From Phycisphaera mikurensis NBRC 102666 (lineage in GTDB: Bacteria; Planctomycetota; Phycisphaerae; Phycisphaerales; Phycisphaeraceae), in contig NC_017080.1 of assembly GCF_000284115.1 (NCBI RefSeq), forward strand, positions 2,550,001 through 2,582,000: DNA of 32,000 nucleotides, read 5' to 3'. Every line of letters starts with the position of its first letter. Positions within the stretch are counted from its first letter, which is position 1. Positions 23,475 through 31,609 of the stretch are shown piece after piece. The translations under genes and the position numbers were made by a program. The notes below the pieces were generated by a model, which ran no database searches, had not been told where the DNA came from, and saw only the letters and a list, made by a program, of their open reading frames with translations.

Positions 23475-24721
23475 AGCACGGTGCGCGGGCTCAGGTCTGG
23501 AGACCCGCTCGCCGTCGCTCGGCCTCGGGCGTTCGAGCCGCGACCCGGGCCGGGCACGAGGGACGCCCGGTGCCCGGCCGGGCCTCGGGCCCGCAGCACC
23601 AGGCAGACGACCTCGGCGGGCGCGAAGGTCCGCAGGGGGAACCAGTTCCCGCTGCCGTTGCTGACGACCGCCAACGCGCCGGGGGCCGGCTCCGTCTTCT
23701 CGTACACGCCGCTCCAGTAGCGGTACATGAGCGGGCCGGGGCCGACGCCGCCGGGGAGCATGAGCTGGCCGCCGTGGGTGTGGCCGGTGAGGGTGAGCGG
23801 GACGCCGGCGGCGGCGGCGGTGTCGAAGGCGTGGGGGTGGTGGGCGAGGCAGATGCAGAAGGCCCCGGGCCGACGCGCAAATCCGCGGACCGTCGCCTCG
23901 AAGGCGTCGTCGAGCTCGCGGTCCGCGGCCCACCGCAGGCCCAGCAGGTCGACGGGGACGCCGCGGATCGTCAGGGCCCGGCCCTCGTCGACCAGCAGGT
24001 CGACGCCGCGCCCGCGGACCTCCCGCCGGAAGGCGTACGCACCCTCGAAGAGGTCGTGGTTGCCCTCGACGGCGAAGACGCCGTGCCGCGATCGGCAGGC
24101 GCTGAGCAGCTTGCAGCCGGCGGCGATGTCCTCGTGCTCGGCGTTGACGAGGTCGCCGGTGAAGCAGACGAGGTCGGCCCCGAAGCCGTTGACGGCGGCG
24201 GCGATGCGGTCGAGCACCGGCCCGCGGGTGAAGGCGCCGACGTGGGTGTCGGAGACGTGCACGACCCGCAAGCCCTCGAGGGCGGGCGGAAGGCCGGGCA
24301 CCGCCAGCTCCCGCTCGCGGGCGACGAAGCCGCGGGACTGCACGAGCCCAACGGCGGTGCCGACCGCGGCGAGCACCGGCGGGCCCGCGACCACGGCGCC
24401 GAGGAGGGCGCGGCGGCCCGGCTCGGGGGTCTCGCCTCTCCCGCGAAGGCCGCGGAGGGCCAGCGCCACGGCGAGCAGGAACACCGCGGGCGCGAGGAGG
24501 ATCAGCGTCCACGCCAGCGCGAAGCCGTGCGCCCACGCGGGGAGCGTGAAGCCGGCGGCGCGGGCCGCCAGGACGCCGAAGACGAGGACCAGCTGGAACA
24601 TCCCGTAGGCGGCGACCGCGAGCCGGGCCCGGCGGCCTGCGACCAAGCGATCGGCGAGCAGCCACCACAAGGCAGAGCAGCCCAGGACGGCGGAGAGGAT
24701 GGCGATGACGAACACGGGCAT
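23471..24721 (-). CDS. Metallophosphoesterase with N-terminal transmembrane region
   Basis: Calcineurin-like motifs VVHVSDTHVGAF, CFTGDLVN, VEGNHDLFE, LAHHPHAFD, LTGHTHGGQLMLP, after several TM segments. Confidence 0.92.
   Translation of the reverse strand: MPVFVIAILSAVLGCSALWWLLADRLVAGRRARLAVAAYGMFQLVLVFGVLAARAAGFTLPAWAHGFALAWTLILLAPAVFLLAVALALRGLRGRGETPEPGRRALLGAVVAGPPVLAAVGTAVGLVQSRGFVARERELAVPGLPPALEGLRVVHVSDTHVGAFTRGPVLDRIAAAVNGFGADLVCFTGDLVNAEHEDIAAGCKLLSACRSRHGVFAVEGNHDLFEGAYAFRREVRGRGVDLLVDEGRALTIRGVPVDLLGLRWAADRELDDAFEATVRGFARRPGAFCICLAHHPHAFDTAAAAGVPLTLTGHTHGGQLMLPGGVGPGPLMYRYWSGVYEKTEPAPGALAVVSNGSGNWFPLRTFAPAEVVCLVLRARGPAGHRASLVPGPGRGSNARGRATASGSPDLSPRTVL
23883..23928. repeat. 46-bp inverted-repeat element, copy D (CCGCGGACCG-N26-CGGTCCGCGG)
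   Basis: 10-bp arms intact. Inside the metallophosphoesterase coding region. Confidence 0.75.
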
Positions 24722-24800
24722 CGCGCCAGTGAAGGCGCAACGCCGCGTCGGGCCGGCCGGACCCGCGCGGTCGCCCCGCGGCCGGGCGGCCGAAGCACCG

Positions 24801-25796
24801 TCAGGCGGAGGCCGAAGACGTCAGCCGGTGCTCGGCTTCGGCGTAGCGCTCCGCGGTTCTCTGCACGATCTCGGGGGGCAGCTCCGGGCCCGGCGCGGCC
24901 TTGTTCCAGCGGCCGGCCGCGGCCTCGTCCAGCAGCCACGACCGCACGAACTGCTTGTCGAAGCTCGGCGGCTCCGCCCCGGGCCGCCAGCACTCGGCGG
25001 GCCAGAACCGGGAGGAGTCCGGTGTCAGCGCCTCGTCCACGAGCACCGGCGTGCCGTCCACCAGGCCGAACTCGAACTTCGTGTCGGCCAGCAGCACCCC
25101 CCTCGCCTCCGCCACCGCGGCGCCCGCCGCGTAGAGAGCGAGCGAGGCGTCCCGCAGCGTCGTCATCAGCCCCAGCCCGACCGACCCGGCCGCCTGCTCG
25201 AAGCTCACCGGAGCGTCGTGGGCGCCGCGCTCCGCCTTGGTCGTCGGCGTGAAGATCGGCTCGGGCAGCTTCTCGCTCTCCACGAGGCCCACCGGCAGCG
25301 CAACGCCGCAGACGTGGCCGGTCTGCCGGTAGCTCGACCAGCCTGAGCCGGTGAGGTAGCCGCGGACGACGCACTCCACGGGCACGACCTCGGCGGGGAG
25401 CCCGATCATCACGCGGCCGCGGAGGGCTTCGGCCTGGGCGTCGCTGAGCCCCGCGACGTGGGCGGGGTCGGTCGAGATCAGGTGGTGCCGCAGCGGCCCG
25501 CCGAAGCCGGGCACCGGGTCGGCGCTGAGCGGGCCGCGCAGGAAGCCGTCGGCCTCGAGCTTCGCGAACCACCACGCCGCGATCCGCGTGAGCGTGGGGC
25601 CCTTGCCCGGCACCGCCGTCGGGAGGACGACGTCGAACGCGGACAGCCGGTCGGTCGCCACCAGCAGCACCGCGTCCCGCTCGCCGCCGGGGCAGTCGGC
25701 CGTGGTGCGGCACGCGTACACGTCCCGCACCTTGCCGACGCGGCGGCCCGGCAGCGGCAGATCGGTGGAAGTCACAACGCTGGCGGCGGCTCGCAT
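24801..25796 (-). CDS. purC: Phosphoribosylaminoimidazole-succinocarboxamide synthase
   Basis: GKVRDVY, LLVATDRLSAFDVVLPTAVPGKG, ECVVRGYLTGSGWSSY, EPIFTPTTKAERGAHD, LLADTKFEFGLVDG, LVDEALTPDSSRFWP. Confidence 0.95.
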   Translation of the reverse strand: MRAAASVVTSTDLPLPGRRVGKVRDVYACRTTADCPGGERDAVLLVATDRLSAFDVVLPTAVPGKGPTLTRIAAWWFAKLEADGFLRGPLSADPVPGFGGPLRHHLISTDPAHVAGLSDAQAEALRGRVMIGLPAEVVPVECVVRGYLTGSGWSSYRQTGHVCGVALPVGLVESEKLPEPIFTPTTKAERGAHDAPVSFEQAAGSVGLGLMTTLRDASLALYAAGAAVAEARGVLLADTKFEFGLVDGTPVLVDEALTPDSSRFWPAECWRPGAEPPSFDKQFVRSWLLDEAAAGRWNKAAPGPELPPEIVQRTAERYAEAEHRLTSSASA

Positions 25797-25868
25797 GCGC
25801 TCAGAGTAAAGCAGCAGGACGCCAACCCATCCCCCAGCCCCCCCGCCCACCGCCTCCCCGCTTCTTCA

Positions 25869-25932
25869 CTTCTTCACTTCCCCGCTTCTTCACTTCCCCG
25901 CTTCTTCGCTTCCCCGCTTCATCGCTCCCCCG
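25869..25932. repeat. Tandem 16-bp (2x8) array, CTTCTTC(A/G)CTTCCCCG, 4 units
   Basis: cttcttcacttccccg x2, cttcttcgcttccccg, cttcatcgctcccccg, read directly. Confidence 0.9.
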
Positions 25933-25946
25933 CTTCTCCGCCCCCC

Positions 25947-26930
25947 CTACGCCGCCTCCGCCTTCACCACCTCGTCCTCCCGCTCCTTCGCCCGCGCAGC
26001 TTCCTTCTTCTTCGCCGCCATCGTGGCCTTCCGCTTCTCCTGGCTGGCCTTCTTCTTCTCCGCTTCCTTGATCTTCGTCTTGATGCGGACGGCGGCGAGC
26101 GGGCGGTCGCTCTGGAAGCGCTCGTTGAGCTTGCGGAGCGCCTCGATCTCGATCTGCCGGACGCGTTCGCGGGTCAGCCCGACGTGGGTACCGATCTGCT
26201 TGAGCGTCAGCGGCTCCTCGCCGTCGAGGCCGAAGCGGAGGCGGAGGATCTTGGCCTCCCGTTCGTCGATCGCGTCGAGCAGCTGGCGGACCGTGTTGAG
26301 GTTGTCCTCGTGGACGACCCGGTCTTCCGGGCCGGGCTGCTGGTCGTCGGCGAGCAGCTGGCCGAGCGTCGGCGGGCTGCCCTCGCCGCCATCACTCTCC
26401 TGCATGGGCCGCTTCTTCGCGACGGCGGCCTTGATGACGAAGCGGACCTTCTTCTCGGTGACCTCCATCCGCTCGGCGAGCTCGTCGATCTCGGGGCTGC
26501 GGCCGAGCTCGTCGGTGAGGTTCCGCGTCTCCTTCTTCCAGCGCGCGATCAGCTCCACCATGTACGCGGGGATGTGCACGGGCTGGCCGGAGTTGATGAG
26601 CGCCCGCTTGATCGCCTGCTTGATCCACCAGCAGCCGTAGGTGCTGAAGCGGGCCCCGTACTCGGGGTCGAAGCCCTCGACGCCGCGCATGAGCCCGACG
26701 TTGCCCTCGTTGATGAGGTCCTGCAGCAGCATGCCGCGGTTCTGGTACCGCTTCGCGATCATCACCACCAGGCGGAGGTTCGCCCGGATCATGTGCTCCC
26801 GCGAGGCCATGCAGCCCTCGTGGATGATCTTGCGGGCGAGGGTCTTCTCCTCCTCGGCGGTCAGCAGCGGGACCTCGTTGATCTGGCTGAGGTACACGTC
26901 CAGATCGGATTGGATGCGCTTCGACGCCAT
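25947..26930 (-). CDS. RNA polymerase sigma factor, sigma70 family (RpoD-like, no region 1.1)
   Basis: Region 1.2 (SDLDVYLSQINEVPLLTAEEEKTLARKI), region 2 (NLRLVVMIAKRYQNRGMLLQDLINEGNVGLMRGVEGFDPEYGARFSTYGCWWIKQAIKRAL), region 4 (EPLTLKQIGTHVGLTRERVRQIEIEALRKLNERF). Internal ATG at 26930 chosen. Confidence 0.93.
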   Translation of the reverse strand: MASKRIQSDLDVYLSQINEVPLLTAEEEKTLARKIIHEGCMASREHMIRANLRLVVMIAKRYQNRGMLLQDLINEGNVGLMRGVEGFDPEYGARFSTYGCWWIKQAIKRALINSGQPVHIPAYMVELIARWKKETRNLTDELGRSPEIDELAERMEVTEKKVRFVIKAAVAKKRPMQESDGGEGSPPTLGQLLADDQQPGPEDRVVHEDNLNTVRQLLDAIDEREAKILRLRFGLDGEEPLTLKQIGTHVGLTRERVRQIEIEALRKLNERFQSDRPLAAVRIKTKIKEAEKKKASQEKRKATMAAKKKEAARAKEREDEVVKAEAA

Positions 26931-27082
26931 GGCGTTGCCGTTCGTTTCTTCTCGCGGGGAGGCGCGGCCGGTGCCTGCGCCCGGCCACGGCATCGGCCCG
27001 GCCGGGCCGCCGCTTAAGCCCGCTCGCTCGCCCCCGACGCGTCCGCCCGACGCCCCTCCTGCCGACGCCGTACCTTCCGCGG

Positions 27083-28966
27083 GTGACGCTGGCACGGCAG
27101 GACCCCGATCCCTCGCGACCCGCCAGCTTGGCGAATGCGCTGGCGGGCTCGCTGCAGCCGGTCACGCGGGCGCTGGCCGGCCCGGTCCGCGCGGCCCGGG
27201 CTTATGGGACGGCCGAGCTGCGGGGCGACGCGGCCTCGGCGGTCACGGTGGCGCTGGTGGCGCTGCCCCAGGCGGTGGTCTTCGCGGCGGTGGCCGGTGT
27301 GCCGCCGGTCGTCGGCGTCTACACGATGGTCGTCGGCGCGGTCGTCGGCGGGCTCTTCACCGGGAGCCGCTTCCTGTCGATCGGGCCGACGAACACCGCG
27401 GCGATCCTCATCGGCGGCGTGGTGGCGGGCCTGGGCGCGGGCGCGTCCGCCGAGCGGGTGATGGCGGCGGTCGTCGCGGTCACCGTGCTCTCGGGCCTCC
27501 TCCAGGTCCTCGCGGCGGTCGCCCACCTCGGCGAGCTGGTCCGCTACGTCTCGCGCAGCGTCATCGTCGGGTTCGCCGCGGGCGCGGGCGTGCTGATCGC
27601 GGTGAAGCAGCTGCCGGTGTTCCTGGGGGTCCCGGTGGCGGACGTGCCCGCCCGCTTCACCGGCGTCGCGGGCACGCTCGACCAGCTGCTGCGCGCCGAC
27701 GCCGCGCCGAGCCTCCGCGCCGTGGCGCTGGGCCTGCTGGCGGTCGGCGTGACGCTGGCCTGCAAGCGGGCGTCCAGGTACCTGCCGTCGTACCTCGTCG
27801 CGATCGTCGCCGCGGCGGCGGCGGCCGGCCTCCTGGGCTGGGGTCCCGCCGAGGTCGCGTTCGTCCCGGAGATGCCCCAGGACCTGCCAACGCCGGCGCT
27901 CCCGCCGCTGGATCTGGGCGCCTGGCGGGAGCTGCTGCTCCCCGCGGCCGCGCTCGCGCTGGTGGGGATGATCGAGGCCTGCGCGATCGGCAAGACGCTG
28001 GCCGCCCGGGCGGGCGAGCGGATCGAGCCGGAGGTCGAGTTCGTCGCGATGGGCTTCTCGCGCGTGGCGGCCGGCCTCTTCGGGGGCATGGCACCGGCGG
28101 CGAGCTTCTCGCGGTCGGCGCTCGCGGCCGACGCGGGCGCCCGCACCCGCTTCAGCTGCGTCTACGCGGGCGTCGTCACCGCCGTGGTCTTCCTGGCGCT
28201 CGCCCCGCTCGCGCGGTCGCTGCCGATGGCCGCCATCGCCGGCGTGCTCTTCGTCATCGCCTACGGGCTGGTGGATTGGCGGTACGCCCGCCGGCTGATT
28301 CACAGCAACAACGCCGACTTCATCGTCTGCCTGGGCACCTTCCTCGCCACGCTGATCCTCTCGCTGGAGCTCGCGGTGTTCGTCGGCGTCTTCCTGAACC
28401 TTGCGCTCTACCTGCGGCGGGCCCGGCAGGTCTTCATGGTGGAGCTGGTGGAGACGCCCGAAGCCGCCGACGCCCCCGGCGGCGCCGCCGCGTTGCCGGG
28501 CTCCACCGGCTACCTGGAGCGGCCGCTGCGGAAGAGCGACGGCGACCACCACGGCGAGGTCGTGTTCCTGCAGCTCGAGGGCAACCTCTTCTTCGCCGCC
28601 GCCGACGAGCTGCAGGACCGCTTCGCCCGGCTGGCCGCGGGAGAGGCCCGGGCGGTGATCCTCCGCCTGAAGCGGTGCCACATGGTCGACGCGACCGTCA
28701 TGGACGTCCTCGGCGAGTTCGCCACGAACCTCAGGGGCCGCGGCAAGGCGCTGCTGCTCTGCGGCGTGCGGCCGCGGATGAAGGAGCGGATGCAGGAGTA
28801 CGGCCTCGTCGACCTGATCGGCGAGCACCGGGTGCACCTCGGCGGCGAGGGCATGTTCCACTCCAGCAAGGCGGCGGTGGCGCAGGCCCGCCGCATCGTG
28901 CGGGGCGAGGCGGAGGAAGACACCGCAGCCTCCACCCGCGGGAGGGAGTGGGCGTATGACATCTGA
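27083..28966 (+). CDS. SulP/SLC26 family anion transporter with C-terminal STAS domain
   Basis: LPQAVVFAAVAGVPPVVGVYTMVVGAVVGGLFTGSRFLSIGPTNTAAIL and the STAS-like VILRLKRCHMVDATVMDVLGEFATNLRGRGKALLLCGVRPRMKERMQEYGL. Confidence 0.92.
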   Translation: MTLARQDPDPSRPASLANALAGSLQPVTRALAGPVRAARAYGTAELRGDAASAVTVALVALPQAVVFAAVAGVPPVVGVYTMVVGAVVGGLFTGSRFLSIGPTNTAAILIGGVVAGLGAGASAERVMAAVVAVTVLSGLLQVLAAVAHLGELVRYVSRSVIVGFAAGAGVLIAVKQLPVFLGVPVADVPARFTGVAGTLDQLLRADAAPSLRAVALGLLAVGVTLACKRASRYLPSYLVAIVAAAAAAGLLGWGPAEVAFVPEMPQDLPTPALPPLDLGAWRELLLPAAALALVGMIEACAIGKTLAARAGERIEPEVEFVAMGFSRVAAGLFGGMAPAASFSRSALAADAGARTRFSCVYAGVVTAVVFLALAPLARSLPMAAIAGVLFVIAYGLVDWRYARRLIHSNNADFIVCLGTFLATLILSLELAVFVGVFLNLALYLRRARQVFMVELVETPEAADAPGGAAALPGSTGYLERPLRKSDGDHHGEVVFLQLEGNLFFAAADELQDRFARLAAGEARAVILRLKRCHMVDATVMDVLGEFATNLRGRGKALLLCGVRPRMKERMQEYGLVDLIGEHRVHLGGEGMFHSSKAAVAQARRIVRGEAEEDTAASTRGREWAYDI

Positions 28967-29861
28967 CCCCCGGCCCGAGGGCACGCTGGTGTTCCATCAG
29001 GCGGCGCTGGGTGACTTCGTGCTCACCTGGCCGCTGCTCCGCCGGCTGCCGGGCCCGGTCCGCGTGGTCGCTCCCTGGAGCCACGCGACGCTCGCCGCGG
29101 CCGCCCTGCCGGGCGTCGGGGGCGTCAGCATCGAGCAGTTCGAGTTCACGCGGATGCACAGCCCCGGCGGGCCGTCGACGCTCTCGCCGGCCGTCCGCGA
29201 GCTCTTCGCCTCCGCCGCGTGCGTCGTCGGCTTCGTGGGCGGCTGCACGGGCGTCTGGGCCGCAAACGCGGACCGCTTGCTCGGCCACGCCGAGCGCGTG
29301 CTGCTGGACCCGCGGCCGCCGGAGGGCTTCGCCGGGCACGTGACGGCCTGGCACGCGGGGGCGGTCGGCGCGCGGATCCCGCTGGCCGCGGAGGCGACGC
29401 CCGCCCCGGCCGACCCGGCCGGCTCCGGCGAGGTCCTGCTGCACCCCGGCTCGGGCGGCGTCATGAAGTGCTGGCCGCGGGCGAGGTTCGCGGCGCTGGC
29501 GGAGCGGCTGGTCGCCGGCGGCCGGCGCGTCGGCTTCGTCGTCGGCGAAGCCGAGGCCGAGCGGTGGGACGCGGACGCCTTCGAGGAGCTCCGCGTCGAC
29601 GGCGTGGGCCTCACGCGGATCCGCGATCTCGCGGAACTCGTCGAGAAGATCCGGCGTTGCCGCGTCTACGTCGGCAACGACGCGGGGCCCACCCACCTCG
29701 CCGCGCAGCTCGGCGTGCCGACGCTGGCGCTCTTCGGCCCCAGCGACCCGGTCCGCTTCCGCCCCGTCGGCCCGCGCGTGCGGGTCCTGGCGCCTCCGGT
29801 GCCGACCGCGATGCGCTGGCTCGGCGTGGAGGCGGTCCGCGACCAGATCGCGAGCTTCTGA
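28956..29861 (+). CDS. Glycosyltransferase family 9 (heptosyltransferase-like)
   Basis: LVFHQAALGDFVLTWPLLRRLPG ... EVLLHPGSGGVMKCWPRARFAALAERL ... RVYVGNDAGPTHLAAQLGVPTLALFGPSDPVRFRPVG. Overlaps the SulP gene by 11 nt. Confidence 0.88.
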   Translation: MTSDPRPEGTLVFHQAALGDFVLTWPLLRRLPGPVRVVAPWSHATLAAAALPGVGGVSIEQFEFTRMHSPGGPSTLSPAVRELFASAACVVGFVGGCTGVWAANADRLLGHAERVLLDPRPPEGFAGHVTAWHAGAVGARIPLAAEATPAPADPAGSGEVLLHPGSGGVMKCWPRARFAALAERLVAGGRRVGFVVGEAEAERWDADAFEELRVDGVGLTRIRDLAELVEKIRRCRVYVGNDAGPTHLAAQLGVPTLALFGPSDPVRFRPVGPRVRVLAPPVPTAMRWLGVEAVRDQIASF

Positions 29862-29991
29862 GGACCCGCGGATCTGGAGAAGCCGGGCGGGCCACCCGCG
29901 GTTGCCCGCCGGCTCGCTCGCTCAGGCTTCCGCACGCGCGGCGCGAGCGGGCCACCCGCGTAGGTGGCGTAAAGACCCAGCGGGGAGCGGA

Positions 29992-30786
29992 CTACAGGTT
30001 CACCGTCTGCACGCTGCCGCCGTCGACCCGGAAGTTCGCGCCGTTGACGAAGCTGGCGTGCTCGCTCACGAGGAAGGCGATCACGGCGGCGACCTCCTCG
30101 GGGCGGCCGCGTCGCTTCAGCTCCAGGTGCGGCCGCTCCTCGTCGAGGAAGCTCTCCACGGCCTCGTCCATCGACGTGCCCCGCTGCTCCGCCCGCTTCT
30201 GCATCATCCCGTCGGTCATGCCGGTCTTCACGAAGGCGGGGGCGACGCAGTTGACCAGCACGCCCGAGCGGGCGCAGGTCATCGAGAGGCTCTTCGCGAA
30301 GGAGAGGATCCCGCTCTTGGCGACGTTGTAGACAACCTCGTCGGGGTAGGGCTGCGCCGCGTTCTCGCTGGTGACGAAGACGGCCCGGCCCCAGCCGCGC
30401 TCCTTCATGCCCGGGAGCAGGCCCCGGGCCGCCCGCACGGCGCCCATGAAGTCGATCTGGTGGGCGTGCGCCCAGTCCTCCTCGGTCATCTCCAGCGGGT
30501 CGCCCTTGGCCCCGGTGACGCCGGCGGCGTGCACGAGGATGTCGGCGGGGATGGAGCGGAGGCGGTCGGCGGCGGAAGGCTCGGAGAGGTCCAGCTGCAG
30601 CGTGCAGACCTCGGCGCCGGCGTGCTTCTCGCGGACGCCGGCGGCCGCGGCGTCGAGCTTGTCCTGGCTCAAGCCCGACAGAACGAGCTTCACGCCCTCC
30701 GCCGCGAGCAACGCCGCGGTGGCCGAGCCCATGCCCCCGCCGCCGCCGGTGATCAGGGCCGTCCGTCCGTCGATGCCGAGATCCAT
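29992..30786 (-). CDS. SDR family oxidoreductase
   Basis: TALITGGGGGMGSATAALLAAEG, VHAAGVTG, YNVAKSGILSFAKSLS, ANFRVDGGS. Confidence 0.92.
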   Translation of the reverse strand: MDLGIDGRTALITGGGGGMGSATAALLAAEGVKLVLSGLSQDKLDAAAAGVREKHAGAEVCTLQLDLSEPSAADRLRSIPADILVHAAGVTGAKGDPLEMTEEDWAHAHQIDFMGAVRAARGLLPGMKERGWGRAVFVTSENAAQPYPDEVVYNVAKSGILSFAKSLSMTCARSGVLVNCVAPAFVKTGMTDGMMQKRAEQRGTSMDEAVESFLDEERPHLELKRRGRPEEVAAVIAFLVSEHASFVNGANFRVDGGSVQTVNL

Positions 30787-30811
30787 GGCCGAACGCTAGG
30801 CCCGCCCAAAT

Positions 30812-30857
30812 CCGCGGACCGCGGGCTCTTCTGCGTGAAAAGGCCGACGGTCCGCGG
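30812..30857. repeat. 46-bp inverted-repeat element, copy B (CCGCGGACCG-N26-CGGTCCGCGG)
   Basis: 10-bp perfect arms. Intergenic between the GT2 stop (30872, minus strand) and the SDR start (30786). Confidence 0.85.
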
Positions 30858-30871
30858 CGGCCCGGCCGGGC

Positions 30872-31609
30872 TCATCCCCGGCGGCGGGCGTAAGCCTCCG
30901 CGTAGGCGGGGCCGTCGCCGCGGAGCCGGTGCCGCAGGAGCATCCAGGCGTCGCGGACGAGCTGGCGGATCGGGCCGTTGGCGAGGAAGCGACGCGGGCT
31001 CGTGGTCATCCGCCCGGGAAGCAGCACCAGCTTCCCGGCGGCGCGGAGGCGCCGGCACAGCTCGACGTCCTCGAAGAGGTCCAGCGGCGGGACTCCGCCG
31101 GCGGCCGCGAGGATCCCGGGCCGGACGAAGATGCCCTGGTCGCCGAAGTACACGCCGGTGAGGCCGTACCGGACGCGGTTGAAGAAGACGACCAGCCGGA
31201 GCCGGTGGCGGGCCCAGCGCCCGCACCCGCTGGTGTTGAACCGCTGGCCGAAGGCACCGCCGACGACGGCGGGATCGGCGAGCGCTCCGCGGATGCAAGC
31301 CGCACCGTCCTCGGGCGGCAGGCAGTCCGCGTGAAGCATCCAGACCGCGCCCGCGTCGGGCGCGGCGGCGAGGGCGGCATCGACGCCCGCGCGCAGGGCC
31401 GAGCCGCGGCCGGTCACGCACGCCCCCCGGATCACCACGCAGCCGGCGACGGCGGCGCGGGCGGTGGTCGCGTCGGTCGAGCCGGAGTCGGAGACGAAGA
31501 CGTCGGCGGCGGCGACGGCACCCGCCCCCCGGGTGATCCGGGCGAGCAGCGCCCCCAGCGTCTCCGCCTCGTTGAGCGCCGGGATGACGACGACGATCCG
31601 CAGCGTCAG
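30872..31609 (-). CDS. Glycosyltransferase family 2
   Basis: LRIVVVIPALNEAETLGALLARI ... DVFVSDSGSTDATTARAA ... GRGSALRAGVDAALAAAPDAGAVWMLHADC ... GVYFGDQGIFVRPGILAAAGG. 5' end uncertain (candidate CTG start at 31609). Confidence 0.82.
   Translation of the reverse strand: MTLRIVVVIPALNEAETLGALLARITRGAGAVAAADVFVSDSGSTDATTARAAVAGCVVIRGACVTGRGSALRAGVDAALAAAPDAGAVWMLHADCLPPEDGAACIRGALADPAVVGGAFGQRFNTSGCGRWARHRLRLVVFFNRVRYGLTGVYFGDQGIFVRPGILAAAGGVPPLDLFEDVELCRRLRAAGKLVLLPGRMTTSPRRFLANGPIRQLVRDAWMLLRHRLRGDGPAYAEAYARRRG

Noticed and set aside
23285-25252. 655-aa plus-strand ORF across the metallophosphoesterase and purC region
   Set aside because: Antisense artefact; both minus-strand genes are strongly supported.
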